The position numbers and the translations under genes were made by a program. This document shows positions 44,645-55,344 of a stretch of DNA of 64,000 nucleotides, piece by piece (within the stretch, counting starts at the first letter, position 1; each line of letters opens with the position of its first letter). Under the pieces are notes generated by a model. The model was not told the origin of the DNA. It was given only the letters and a program-made list of their open reading frames with translations, and did not search any database. This stretch comes from Candidatus Hydrogenedentota bacterium (GTDB taxonomy: Bacteria; Hydrogenedentota; Hydrogenedentia; Hydrogenedentales; SLHB01). The stretch covers positions 128,001 to 192,000 of the forward strand of contig CAVUWV010000008.1 of assembly GCA_963745075.1 (NCBI GenBank), given 5' to 3'.

Positions 44645-46573
44645 ATGAGCAGCAGACCGCAGATCACCGCGCACGAACGCATCAACCTTCTGAAGAAACC
44701 CGAGGCGCGCCGGAGCGCGGAGGAGTTTCTCGCGTCGTTCGACTTGGCCAAGGTGCCGGCGTCGCCGGGGTGCTACATCATGCGCGACGAGAAGGATCGC
44801 GTGCTGTACGTGGGCAAGGCCAAGCACCTGCGGTCGCGCGTGCGGGCCTATATCAACGAGAGCGATTCGCGCTACATGGTGAAGTTTCTCATGCGGCGGG
44901 TCGCGCACATCGATTTTTTGTTGACGACAAATGAGAAAGAAGCGCTGCTCCTCGAAAACAATCTCATCAAACAGCACCGTCCGCGCTACAACGTCAATCT
45001 CAAGGACGACAAGACTTACGTCAGTCTGCGCATCAACCTGCCGCACGAATTCCCGCGCATCACCGTAACGCGCAAATTCCGGAAGGACGGGTCCAAGTAT
45101 TTCGGTCCTTATTCGAGCGCGGGCGCCGTGCGGGAGACGATCAAGCAGATTCAGCGGTTGTTTCCGCTGCGCTTGTGTTCGGACAGCGTGCTGCGCAACC
45201 GGACGCGGCCCTGTCTGTATTACCAGATGAACCAGTGCAGCGCGCCCTGCGTGGGCTATATCGATCGCGAAGAATACCGCAAACTCGTCGATCAGGTCAT
45301 CATGGTGCTGGAAGGGCGAAGCGCCGACCTCGAAAAGGAACTGCTGGAGACCATTCAACAGCACGCGGACAACCTCGAATTCGAGAAGGCCGCGGAAGTC
45401 CGCGATCGCGTCTACGCGTTGCGCACGACCCTCGAACGGCAGCGGACCGTACGCGCCCATGCTGAAGGCGACCAGGACGTGTTCGGCATACACACGCAAG
45501 GCCGGTACAGCGAAATTCAGGTACTGTTCATTCGCAACGGAAGAATGACCGGCGGGCGGTCCTTTTCGTTCAACCAGCGCGAAATGCCCATCGAGGAGGT
45601 GCTGAGTTCCTTTCTTCTCCAGTACTATTCGACCGTGTCGCAGGTGCCGTCCGAGATCCTGATCCCCGTCGAAATGGAAGAGAGCGACGTGCTGGCGGAT
45701 ATCCTGAGCGAGCAGCGCGGCGCGAAAGTTTCCGTGCACTGGCCGCAGCGCGGCGAGAAGCGGGCCTTGATTGTCATGTCCGAGCGCAATGCCAAGAATA
45801 ACTTCGAGGAGAAACGGCTCGCGGAACAGGCGAACCGCGACCTCGTCGTAGAACTGAAAGTGAAGCTCCGGCTGCACAAGAATCCGCAGCGCATCGAATG
45901 TTTTGACATTTCGACGATCCAGGGCAACCAGGCGGTCGGCTCGATGGTGACCTTCGAGGGCGGCGTCGCGGCGAAGTCGCGGTATCGCCGGTTTTCGATC
46001 AAGCAGGTCGAAGGCCAGGACGATTTCGGCATGATGCGCGAAGTGCTCCTGCGGCGATTCAAACGGGCCATCGAAGAAAGCGACCTGCCGGATCTCGTGC
46101 TTATCGACGGCGGGAAGGGTCAACTCAATGTGGCGACTGCCGTGTTCAAGGACCTCGGCATCGAAGATCTGGAGGCCGTTGGCATCGCCAAGTCGCGTGC
46201 GACCGGCGACGGTTCGCACTCGCCGGAACGGTTTTTCCTGCCGGGTCGCAAAGACCCCATCATTCTGAAACAGAACTCGCCGGTGGTGTTGTTCCTCGCG
46301 CGGATTCGCGACGAGGCGCACCGGTTCGCAATCACCTATCACCGCAAACGGCGAAGCAAATCGACCCTGAGCACGACGCTGACCGAAATCCCCGGCGTTG
46401 GACCCAAACGGGCGCGGGCGCTCTTGAACGCGTTTGGATCGCTGGCTAAAGTGAAACAGGCCTCGGTCGAGGAAATCGCGGGGGTGGCGGGATTCAATTG
46501 CGCTCTCGCTGCGTCGGTTCGCGAACACCTTGCGGCGTCACCGGACGGCGTAGAACAAAGGGAGGGGTCATGA
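44645..46573 (+). CDS. uvrC: Excinuclease ABC subunit C
   Basis: PGCYIM...YVGKAKHLRSRV GIY-YIG domain, RIECFDIS, DGGKGQL, RDEAHRFAI, HhH IPGVGPKR. Confidence 0.97.
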   Translation: MSSRPQITAHERINLLKKPEARRSAEEFLASFDLAKVPASPGCYIMRDEKDRVLYVGKAKHLRSRVRAYINESDSRYMVKFLMRRVAHIDFLLTTNEKEALLLENNLIKQHRPRYNVNLKDDKTYVSLRINLPHEFPRITVTRKFRKDGSKYFGPYSSAGAVRETIKQIQRLFPLRLCSDSVLRNRTRPCLYYQMNQCSAPCVGYIDREEYRKLVDQVIMVLEGRSADLEKELLETIQQHADNLEFEKAAEVRDRVYALRTTLERQRTVRAHAEGDQDVFGIHTQGRYSEIQVLFIRNGRMTGGRSFSFNQREMPIEEVLSSFLLQYYSTVSQVPSEILIPVEMEESDVLADILSEQRGAKVSVHWPQRGEKRALIVMSERNAKNNFEEKRLAEQANRDLVVELKVKLRLHKNPQRIECFDISTIQGNQAVGSMVTFEGGVAAKSRYRRFSIKQVEGQDDFGMMREVLLRRFKRAIEESDLPDLVLIDGGKGQLNVATAVFKDLGIEDLEAVGIAKSRATGDGSHSPERFFLPGRKDPIILKQNSPVVLFLARIRDEAHRFAITYHRKRRSKSTLSTTLTEIPGVGPKRARALLNAFGSLAKVKQASVEEIAGVAGFNCALAASVREHLAASPDGVEQREGS

Positions 46574-47880
46574 GTCCTGTGTTTGTTGCCATTCTGGTTG
46601 TGCTCGGACTGGTTTTTCTATTCTACGGTTACTTCGTGCTGCTGTTGCTGCGGTACCGCGAGCCGATTCGCGCGGACGAGACATACACCGTTCTCACGGA
46701 AGACCTGTGGCAAATTAAACTGTACCGTTCGCGCCCCGCGAAAGGAAGAGGCGAACCGGTCTTTCTGTGCCACAGCTTGTCGTCGAACCACCTTAATTTC
46801 GAAATCCCCGCGGGCGAATCGCTGGTCGATGTGTTGACGGAGGCGGGCTACGACTGCTGGTCCATCGATACGCGCGCCTGCCGCAGCGCCATTGCGCCGT
46901 CCGGCACGGGCAAACTCAGCGCGACGCTGGACGATATTTTGCTGAAGGATCTCCCCACGGCCCTCGCGTACATCCAAGAAAAGACCGGGTCCAAGCGGGT
47001 GCACTGGATCGGGCATTCGCTGGGCGGCATGCTGCTCTACGCGTACGTGGCGAAGTTTGGTTCAGACCACATCGCCAGTGGGACGACCCTCGGGTCACCG
47101 CCCGGATTCAAGGATATGCAGCTCCCCAATCGCGCCGTGCTTTCTGCGATTGTGCCGTTTACTTTCGGGATCATGTCCTTCTTTTTCCGGGGGTTAATTC
47201 CCTTCGCGACGGTCATTCATCCCAAGAGCAAGCTGGTGCCCATCAATTGGGACAACGTCCATCCCGGACTGAGCAATGCGGAATTGTTCTACGCCGCCGA
47301 GATGCCGATGCCGCGCGTGGGCGGCCAGTTGAACCAGTGGTCGTCGCAGGGCGTGTGGCGCATGTGCGCGGATACGCTCGACGTGCAGGAGCGATTGCCG
47401 GAACTGGACATTCCGCTGTTCGCAATTTATGGCGGCAGCGATCCGCTGGCGACCCGCAAAGCCGGGGAAGCGTTTGTTGCATCGCTGAAGACCAAAGACA
47501 AGAAGATGATCGTGTTGTGCAAGCACGACGGGTATTCCGCGAACTACAGTCATTTGGACCTGGTATTCGCCTTGAACGGCAGGAAGGAAGTTTACGAACC
47601 TGTCGCGGAATGGATTGCGGCCCATCCCATGAAGAGCTGGCGTAGTGGCGGTGCCGCTGCGTCTCGTACCCGCACGCGCCGAAAGCCGACGCCGTCCCGC
47701 GCAAAGGCGGCTGCGAAGAAGCCCGCGGCCAAGTCGACCGCAAAGTCGAAGGCCAAAGCGAAACCGGCGCGGGCCGCTAAAGCTAAGCCCGCATCAAAGA
47801 AGAAGCCGGCCGCGAAGAAGTCTACTGCCAAGCCGAAGGCGAAAAAGAAACCCGCGGCGAAGAAACGTGGAACGCGATAG
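46570..47880 (+). CDS. Alpha/beta hydrolase with N-terminal TM and Lys/Ala/Pro-rich C-terminal tail
   Basis: GHSLGG nucleophile elbow, D (GSDPL), H (YSHLDL); KKPAAKK repeats. Confidence 0.85.
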   Translation: MSPVFVAILVVLGLVFLFYGYFVLLLLRYREPIRADETYTVLTEDLWQIKLYRSRPAKGRGEPVFLCHSLSSNHLNFEIPAGESLVDVLTEAGYDCWSIDTRACRSAIAPSGTGKLSATLDDILLKDLPTALAYIQEKTGSKRVHWIGHSLGGMLLYAYVAKFGSDHIASGTTLGSPPGFKDMQLPNRAVLSAIVPFTFGIMSFFFRGLIPFATVIHPKSKLVPINWDNVHPGLSNAELFYAAEMPMPRVGGQLNQWSSQGVWRMCADTLDVQERLPELDIPLFAIYGGSDPLATRKAGEAFVASLKTKDKKMIVLCKHDGYSANYSHLDLVFALNGRKEVYEPVAEWIAAHPMKSWRSGGAAASRTRTRRKPTPSRAKAAAKKPAAKSTAKSKAKAKPARAAKAKPASKKKPAAKKSTAKPKAKKKPAAKKRGTR

Positions 47881-47947
47881 CCCGATCGGCGTCTAGCGGT
47901 TTCACAGCTGCGGATGCGCGAACAATCTCGGCGAGGGAGGCGAAACG

Positions 47948-49512
47948 ATGAAACGAAATCTCTATGTGGGTTTCGGCAGTGACGTTCGCACTCGGCGCGG
48001 TTGCGCAAGACCCGTGGGAACAGGCGTCGAAGAACGGCGAATTGAACCGGCAATCTTTGCTCCATTGCTGGCGGTTTGTGGAGGGGTGGCTTCAGCACGC
48101 CGATCCCGTCACGGGCTTGATCCCGCGGAACCTGAGCAGCGACTTTTTCTGGAACGCGCGGGACTCGGCGGCGGACAATTACCCTTTCATGGTGCTGTCG
48201 ACATTTTATACCGACCGCGCGATCATTCAACGGCCGCATGAAGGACATGCTGGAGACGGAACAGCGCGTGACCAACCGCGTGGACCGGTTGCCCGACGAT
48301 TTCCTCTTTGCGACCCAGGCGTTTCGTACGCCGGAACCGGATATGGGTACGATCATCTTCGGTGCCAGCGAATACGCCAAGGATGGCCTCACGCCGGTAA
48401 CGGAACTCCTCGGGCCGAGTCCGTGGTCGGAACGCATGTTGGGCTTGCTGGACGATGTCTGGAAGCACGGTGCGGAACAGACTGAAGCGGGTGTGTTGCC
48501 GTCGACTTCCCACGAAGTGTGCGGCGAGATGATGCAGACGCTTTCGCGTATGTATTGGATGACCGGTAACGAGCAATACCGGGATGACGCCTTCGCCATT
48601 GCGGATTATTTCCTCAAGTATCACCTCCCTACCGAGGCGAAGGAGCTGCGCCTGGACGATCACGGCTGCGAAGTCATCGGCGGGTTGTCGGAGGTCTATT
48701 ACCTCGCGGCACACGTCGATCCGGACCGGCGCGAAGCATGGCGTCCGGCCATGCACAAAGTCCTGGACCGTGTCCTCGAAGTGGGCCGCGACGATACGGG
48801 CCTGCTTTACAATCTGGTGAATCCCGTGACCGGCGAGATCAAGTCCGACGAACGGACCGACAACTGGGGCTACAACTACAATGCTTTTCTCGTAGTCGCG
48901 GACCTGGATCAGGAATCGCGGTATCGCGAAGCCGTCGAATTCGTGATGGCCAATATCATTAGAGCCAAGGACTATCCCTGGGAACGGGACGGGGCGGACG
49001 GCATCGCCGATTCGCTTGAGGGTGGATTGAATCTGCTCAACCGCATCCCCGATCCGCAGGCCATCGAGTGGGCGGACTACACGGCCCAGCGCCTTTTCGC
49101 CAAGCAGCGCGACACAGGTGTTATCGAAGGCTGGCACGGCGACGGCAATTTCGCGCGCACGGTGCTCATGTATGGCCTGTGGAAGAGTCGCGGCGCGTAC
49201 GTGCAACCGTGGCGGGCGGACCTCCGTGTCGGGGCCGCGCGGGGGGACAATGGGTCCCTGTATTTCGTCGTGGAATCGGACTGGCCGTGGAAGGGCACGC
49301 TCCACTTCGACCTGCCGCGTCATGCCGAGTACTTGCAGATTCCGTCCGACTATCCCCGGCTGAACCAGTTCCCCGAATGGTTTACCGTGCCCGCCGACGG
49401 CGTGTACGCAACGGACGATGGGGAGATTAGCGCCGCGGACTTGCGTACCGGGATCGAGATTACCGTCGGGCCGGACGCACCATACAAACTGCACATCATT
49501 CCAAGGAGTTGA
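47948..49512 (+). CDS. Secreted hypothetical protein, possibly (alpha/alpha)6 glycosidase-like; frameshifts near 47965 and 48225
   Basis: GGAGG RBS before ATG 47948; continuous protein-like text over three frames (DSAADNYPF, LRLDDHGCE, DTGVIEGWHGDGNFART). Confidence 0.6.
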
Positions 49513-49514
49513 TT

Positions 49515-50422
49515 ATGAATCTGACCCGCCGGGATTTTCTCGCGGCTTCGCTGGCTGCGGGGGTCGCGATTACGTCGCGGTCCGCGGCGTGGGCCGCCGA
49601 AGGGCAGCGCCCACCCGTGTGCGTGTTTTCCAAGCACCTGCAGTTCATTACGGATTACGGCGACCTCGCCCGTACGGCAAAGGATCTCGGCCTGGACGGG
49701 CTGGATCTCACCGTTCGCACGGGCGGCCACGTGCTGCCGGAGAACGCAGCGACCGACTTGCCTCGCGCGGTTGAAGCCATTCGCGCGGAGGGACTCGACG
49801 TTCCCATGATTACGACGGGACTGGACGACGGAACGGACGCCGACGCCAGGCCGATCCTGGAGGCGGCGTCCAAACTGAGGGATTCGCTACGCGCGCGTCG
49901 GCGGATTGCGCTATTCCGACAACGGCGATATCATGAAAGAGCTGGATGGATTCACGCACCAGATGCAATCCCTCGCGGAGCGTATTCGGCGAATACGACA
50001 TGGTCGCGGGGTACCACAACCACTCGGGCGGCACCAACGTCGGCGCCGTCTTGTGGGACCTGTACCACATGATTCGCGCCGTCAACGCGGAGAGCTTCGG
50101 GTCCAATTTCGACGTGGGCCACGCCGCCATCGAAGGCGCCTACGCGGGTTGGCGCATTAACGCGCGGCTGGTGGCGCCGTACGTGAAGATGATGGCTGTC
50201 AAAGATTTTGTGTGGGATGGGGACCGTCCGCGCTGGGTGCCGCTGGGTCAGGGCATCGTGAAGACGACGGAATTCCTGAAGATCTTCCGTGGTGCCGGGT
50301 TCGCCGGCCCGATTTCGGTTCATTTCGAATACAAACCGGAATCTCATGATGGACTGCTGGAGGATATCCGGGCGGCAGTGATCGCAACGCGGGGCTACCT
50401 GCGCGAGGCGGGTTACACCTGA
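49515..50422 (+). CDS. Tat-exported sugar phosphate isomerase/epimerase (AP-endonuclease-2 barrel); frameshifts near 49878 and 49980
   Basis: TRRDFL twin-arginine motif; FSKHLQ, DLTVRTGGHV, YHNHSG, FDVGHA, VKDF, SVHFEY. Confidence 0.8.
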
Positions 50423-50516
50423 CGTCGGGAATACCGGCGCGATTGCAACCATTCCCTCTTTTCAAGCATCGTATTCGCAAGGCTAATCACGTCCGATCGA
50501 TAGCCGGAAAGGACTT

Positions 50517-51059
50517 ATGGATATTCCCTGGGGAGAAATCGGCGCTACGACCTTGACCATAACAGGCTGGTCGCTGTTCGCCGTTGCCGTGCTCGTAGGG
50601 CTGGTTCTGGACCTGCTGGGACTGTTTGGCAACTGGATCATCCTGGGCGCGGTCGTCATCGCGTGGGTGGCGACTGGATTCGAACACTTCGGTTGGGTTG
50701 GCCTGCTATTTATGACGGGCCTCGCGGTTATGGGCGAAGTATTGGAAACGGCCGCCGCAGGCTACGGCGCCGCCAAGTTTGGCGGGGGGCGCGGTACGAT
50801 CATTTCCGCGCTGATCGGGTGCTTCGCGGGCGCCGTTCTCTTTACCCCCCTCATTCCGGTTCCCCTGATTGGGACGGTTATCGGGGCCTGCCTGGGGTCT
50901 TTTCTTGCTGCGGCGCTTTACGAATACATCCAGATGGAGCGCCAAGCCCACCAAGCCCTGTGGACCGGATTCGGCGCGGCCCTCGGCAAGGTGGGCGGCA
51001 TTTTCGCCAAGTTGCTCGTAGGCGTAATTATGCTGGTCATCGCCGCGATGACCTTCTGA
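50517..51059 (+). CDS. DUF456 membrane protein
   Basis: Hydrophobic; GAAKFGGGR, PLIGTVIGACLG..L.E, GAALGK. Confidence 0.85.
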   Translation: MDIPWGEIGATTLTITGWSLFAVAVLVGLVLDLLGLFGNWIILGAVVIAWVATGFEHFGWVGLLFMTGLAVMGEVLETAAAGYGAAKFGGGRGTIISALIGCFAGAVLFTPLIPVPLIGTVIGACLGSFLAAALYEYIQMERQAHQALWTGFGAALGKVGGIFAKLLVGVIMLVIAAMTF

Positions 51060-51245
51060 CCCTGAAAACTGATATACTGCATCCGACGTTTCGCCCTCTC
51101 CCCCGAACCGCATTTTTGTTGTGGCGCATCTCCGTCCGGTGGTTGAAGTTTCCGTTCTCCGTGTGCTAGACTCCCCAGTCTGTCATCAGGGGCGATCTGT
51201 GCCCGTGAGACGAATTCCTGAAAAACGAGAAATCCGGGTTATATC

Positions 51246-52574
51246 GTGTTCGAGTCCTTAAGCAAAAAGCTGGAACGTGCCTTCAAGAACCTTCGCGGTC
51301 AGGGCAAACTGACCGAGAAGAACATGAAGGATGGTCTCCAGGAAATCCGGATGGCGCTGCTCGAGGCCGACGTTAACTATAAGGTCGTCAAGCAGTTCAT
51401 TGCGGACGTGCAGGAGCAGGCCCTCGGGCAGGAGGTCCTGTCGAGCCTGCAACCCGGGCAGGTCCTGGTCAAGATCGTCCACGACGAGTTGATCAAGATC
51501 ATGGGCGGGTCGAATGCCCCGCTCCAGTTAGCTCAGACCCCGCCCACGATCATCATGATGGTCGGGCTCCAAGGGCAAGGCAAGACGACGACGGCCGGAA
51601 AGCTGGCCTTACAGTTGAAGAAACAGGGCCGTCACCCCCTGCTGGTCGGCGCGGACGTGTACCGCCCCGCAGCCATCAAACAGTTGGAGGTGGTCGCGCA
51701 GCAGGCGGGCGTGGAATCGTTCAGCCTGGGCTCGGACGCGGATCCCGTGGACACCTGCGTCATGGCCCGCGGCGAGGCGCAGATGCGCAATTGCGACGTC
51801 ATCATCCTCGACACGGCGGGCCGGCTGCACGTGGACGAGCAGATGATGGGCGAAGTCCGGCGTATCCAGGCGCAGGTGACGCCCCACGAGATTCTGTTCG
51901 TGGCGAACGCCATGACCGGTCAAGACGCGGTGAATTCGGCCAAGCAGTTCCACGAGAATCTGCCGTTGACGGGCGTGATTCTGACGCAGATGGACGGCGA
52001 TGCGCGCGGTGGCGCGGCAATCAGCCTGATTCAAGTTACGGGCTGTCCGATCAAGTTCGTCGGAACGGGCGAGAAACTCGACGCGCTGCAGGCGTTTCAT
52101 CCGCAGCGCATGGCGGACCAGATCCTGGGCATGGGCGACATCGTATCGCTCGTGGAACAGGCCCAGCAGGTAGTCGACCAGGAAAAGGCCCTCGCGTTCC
52201 AGAAGAAGGCGCGCAAGGCCTCGTGGGACCTCGAGGATTTCCTCGAACAGATGCAGCAGATCAAGAAGATGGGCAATCTGGGCGACTTGGTAAAGAAGAT
52301 TCCGGGCATGGCGAAGATGCTGGGCGACCAGGAACTCGACATGGACGAACTGAAATACACGGAAGCCATCATCTACTCGATGACGAAGAAGGAGCGCAAG
52401 AATCCGAAGATCATCAACGGGAGCCGGCGTCTCCGCATCGCCGACGGCAGTGGCACGACCGTGCAGGATATCAACCGCTTGCTGAAAGACTTCGAGAAGA
52501 TGAAGAAGATGATGAAGCAAATGATGAAAGGGGGCGGCAAAGGCCGGCGTATGATGCGTATGCCCGGCATGTAG
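51246..52574 (+). CDS. ffh: Signal recognition particle protein
   Basis: ALLEADVN, GLQGQGKTTT, DTAGRL, DGDARGGAA, Met-rich M domain. Confidence 0.98.
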   Translation: MFESLSKKLERAFKNLRGQGKLTEKNMKDGLQEIRMALLEADVNYKVVKQFIADVQEQALGQEVLSSLQPGQVLVKIVHDELIKIMGGSNAPLQLAQTPPTIIMMVGLQGQGKTTTAGKLALQLKKQGRHPLLVGADVYRPAAIKQLEVVAQQAGVESFSLGSDADPVDTCVMARGEAQMRNCDVIILDTAGRLHVDEQMMGEVRRIQAQVTPHEILFVANAMTGQDAVNSAKQFHENLPLTGVILTQMDGDARGGAAISLIQVTGCPIKFVGTGEKLDALQAFHPQRMADQILGMGDIVSLVEQAQQVVDQEKALAFQKKARKASWDLEDFLEQMQQIKKMGNLGDLVKKIPGMAKMLGDQELDMDELKYTEAIIYSMTKKERKNPKIINGSRRLRIADGSGTTVQDINRLLKDFEKMKKMMKQMMKGGGKGRRMMRMPGM

Positions 52575-52577
52575 GCC

Positions 52578-52749
52578 GAAGAACATCCCCCTTGATCCCC
52601 CTTCAAAGGGGGAATGAAGACGGCAAGCCGCTGGCGTGGAGTGGCCGTCGTCATGGCTTAGAAGTTGAGTGTTCGGATCTCCCTAACCGGGACGCACCGC
52701 GAAGCGGGCGTACGAATTCCCCCTTTGAAGGGGGATCAAGGGGGATGTT
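52578..52749. repeat. REP-like inverted doublet, family A copy 4
   Basis: GAAGAACATCCCCCTTGATCCCCCTTCAAAGGGGGAAT ... ATTCCCCCTTTGAAGGGGGATCAAGGGGGATGTT; lies between ffh and rpsP. Confidence 0.92.
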
Positions 52750-52820
52750 GGCTCAGCAGTTATACGAACGGTGATGGATGCGCCGTAGGGCGCGATAGAC
52801 CCAGGAGAAGAGGAAACGGT

Positions 52821-53138
52821 ATGGCAACAGTGATTCGACTGCAACGCGGCGGGCGTACGCACGCGCCGTATTATCGGGTCGTGGTGATGGACTCGCGTGA
52901 TCGGACGCGGGGCCGCGTCATCGACCAGATCGGCGTGTACCACCCCTGCGCGAACCCGCAGCCCAACGACGAGATCGACACGAAGAAGGCCCTGCGGTGG
53001 CTTGGCGAAGGCGCCAAACCGTCCGACACGGCGCGGAAACTTCTGTCGAAGCACGGTGTGATGGCGGCGTTCGCGGCCGGCAAGAAGCCGGAAGACGTGG
53101 AAGTCGCCCAACCGTCTACTGAAGAAGCGACCTCCTGA
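52821..53138 (+). CDS. rpsP: 30S ribosomal protein S16
   Basis: IRLQRGGRTHAPYYRVVVMDSR, WLGEGAKPSDT. Confidence 0.97.
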   Translation: MATVIRLQRGGRTHAPYYRVVVMDSRDRTRGRVIDQIGVYHPCANPQPNDEIDTKKALRWLGEGAKPSDTARKLLSKHGVMAAFAAGKKPEDVEVAQPSTEEATS

Positions 53139-53154
53139 CGGAGGGCCGGCGCTC

Positions 53155-53394
53155 ATGGCACAGACAAAAGAATTGGTGGAATTCATCGCCAAGAAGCTGG
53201 TCACGCACCCGGAAGACGTGAAAGTACGGGTTATCGAGAACGAAGAAGGCCAGGTTTTGGAGTTGCGGGTGAATCCGGAGGACATGGGCAAGGTCATCGG
53301 CCGGGGCGGCAAGACCGCCAAGGCGATGCGCAGCCTGTTGGCTTCGGCCACGACCAAGAGCAACACGCGGGCGGTCCTCCAGATCGTCGAGTAG
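53155..53394 (+). CDS. khpA: KH-domain RNA-binding protein
   Basis: DMGKVIGRGGKTAKAMR; conserved position after rpsP. Confidence 0.93.
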   Translation: MAQTKELVEFIAKKLVTHPEDVKVRVIENEEGQVLELRVNPEDMGKVIGRGGKTAKAMRSLLASATTKSNTRAVLQIVE

Positions 53395-53406
53395 CGGGGA
53401 GGCACG

Positions 53407-53934
53407 ATGCCCGGCCCGTGGATCCGAATCGGCACCGTCCGAACGGTCAACCCGGCGAGACGGGAACTGCGCGTGGATGCGGATGCAGTTCACGCGTATC
53501 AGTTCGAAGGGTTGGAATGGATCGGCGTCGGGCGTGAGGAAGCGGCTTTGACGCGATGCCGGGTGGACGCCGTTCACCGCCGCGAAAACGAGGCGACGTT
53601 CCGGCTGAGTGCGGGGGTCACTCGGGATTCCGTGGCGGCGATGCGTAAGGCGGGAGTCTACATCGAAGCGGTAGCCCGGAAAGCGCGGCCCGATGGGGAA
53701 TGGCATCCCGCGGAGTTGGTGGGCCTCACCGTGGTGGGGCCGGGCGATACGGTTCTCGGAACCGTCAAGGCGTTGATCGAGACCGGCGCCAACGATGTGG
53801 TTGAAGTGACGAAGCCGGAGGGCGGAAGCTTGCTCCTCCCGGTGATTGAACAGGTAATTGAATCCGTCGACCTGGGAACGGGTCGCGTATACCTGGGCGA
53901 CATTACGCCCTATGCGGTGGACGATGAGGATTGA
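53407..53934 (+). CDS. rimM: Ribosome maturation factor RimM
   Basis: ELVGLTV, TGANDV, LLP; operon position. Confidence 0.9.
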   Translation: MPGPWIRIGTVRTVNPARRELRVDADAVHAYQFEGLEWIGVGREEAALTRCRVDAVHRRENEATFRLSAGVTRDSVAAMRKAGVYIEAVARKARPDGEWHPAELVGLTVVGPGDTVLGTVKALIETGANDVVEVTKPEGGSLLLPVIEQVIESVDLGTGRVYLGDITPYAVDDED

Positions 53935-54676
53935 TGTCCTCACGATTTTCCCGGAGCTGTTTGACGCTCCCTTGAAGGTGAGCCTGCTGGGCAAAGCCGT
54001 CGAGCAGGGCATCCTGACGGTGGCCGTGACCGACATCCGGGATTTCACCAGGGACAAGCACCGCACCGTGGACGACGCGCCTTTCGGCGGCGGCGCCGGC
54101 ATGGTGATGAAGTGCGAACCGCTCTTCGCGGCGGTGGAAAGTTTAGGCGACCGAAACTCGTTGCAGCGCGTGATTCTGCTGTCCCCCCGTGGACGACCGC
54201 TGACGCAAGGCGTCGTGCGTGAACTCGCTGCCGAGCCCGATGCCGTGCTCATCTGCGGCCGCTACGAAGGCGTGGATGAACGCGTCAGCCAGGCGCTCTG
54301 TACGGACGAGATTTCGGTAGGCGACTATGTGTTAAGCGGCGGCGAATTGCCGGCCCTGACCCTCATCGAAGCGGTCAGCCGGATGCTGCCGGGAGTGATT
54401 GGCGATTGGGAGTCCGTCGAGACGGACTCGTTTTACGATGGAATACTGGGTCCGCCCCAGTACACGCGGCCACCGGTCTTTCGAGACCTCGATGTGCCGC
54501 AGGTGCTGCGGGAAGGCAACCATGCGGCGATTCGCCGCTGGCGCCGGAAAGAGGCCCTTCGCGTGACTAAGAAGCGGCGCCCGGATCTGCTCGGGGCGTG
54601 CGGCGAGGGCGATCGCGCGCTCCTCAACGAGATCGAGCAGGAAGAGGCAGGACCGGAAAGGGAGGTCGAGTCGTGA
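53924..54676 (+). CDS. trmD: tRNA (guanine37-N1)-methyltransferase
   Basis: [39 protein letters not shown]. Confidence 0.97.
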   Translation: MRIDVLTIFPELFDAPLKVSLLGKAVEQGILTVAVTDIRDFTRDKHRTVDDAPFGGGAGMVMKCEPLFAAVESLGDRNSLQRVILLSPRGRPLTQGVVRELAAEPDAVLICGRYEGVDERVSQALCTDEISVGDYVLSGGELPALTLIEAVSRMLPGVIGDWESVETDSFYDGILGPPQYTRPPVFRDLDVPQVLREGNHAAIRRWRRKEALRVTKKRRPDLLGACGEGDRALLNEIEQEEAGPEREVES

Positions 54677-55065
54677 AAGCGCTTGAAGAACTGAAGCAGG
54701 CACAGAGAAAGCCGGCAGACAAAATTCCCCAATTCAATATCGGTGACACGGTGCGCGTGCATTTCCGTATCGTGGAAGGTGAGAAGGAACGCGTCCAGGT
54801 GTTTGAGGGCGTCGTTATTGGCCGCAAGGGCGGCGAAAGCCCGGACGCCCGGTTCACCGTGCGCCGCGTGGCCTTCGGCGAAGGCGTCGAACGCGTCTTC
54901 CCGCTCCACTCCCCGCGCATCGAGAAGGTCGAAGTGTCGCGCGAAGGCAGCGTGCGCCGTGCGAAACTCTACTATCTGCGCGAGCGGTCCGGTAAAGCCG
55001 CGCGCGTGAAGGCCAAAGAGCGTTCCACGTCGACGAAGACAAAGGCGAAGGCGAAGGCGAAATAG
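54673..55065 (+). CDS. rplS: 50S ribosomal protein L19
   Basis: [38 protein letters not shown]. Confidence 0.97.
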   Translation: MKALEELKQAQRKPADKIPQFNIGDTVRVHFRIVEGEKERVQVFEGVVIGRKGGESPDARFTVRRVAFGEGVERVFPLHSPRIEKVEVSREGSVRRAKLYYLRERSGKAARVKAKERSTSTKTKAKAKAK

Positions 55066-55116
55066 TGTCCACGCGGATGCCCGATTGGTAAACCGCGGGC
55101 GACATCATGCTATGCT

Positions 55117-55147
55117 TGGGGCGGACTGGTTCCGCCCCATTTTCTTT
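55117..55147 (+). terminator. Rho-independent terminator after rplS
   Basis: Stem TGGGGCGGA/TCCGCCCCA followed by TTTTCTTT. Confidence 0.75.
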
Positions 55148-55174
55148 GATGCAACTAGCGCTGAGAAACGCCGC

Positions 55175-55298
55175 GGACAACAGAGACAGCAGGGACGATA
55201 TGGACGTTATGGACAAGTTGGACAGCCACGAGACAGACCGTGACGGCTTTCAGAATCCCGTGCGTTGATCCGTCCATATCATCCGTACGGTCCTTAGG
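55175..55298. repeat. 9-mer tandem repeat with inverted partner
   Basis: Six (G/A)GAC-N5 units at 55175-55228; inverted GTCC/ATCC-N5 units at 55272-55298. Confidence 0.75.
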
Positions 55299-55344
55299 AT
55301 TCCTGGCTCGGCCCTCACGTGGAACCTCAGGCATATACGGCTGC

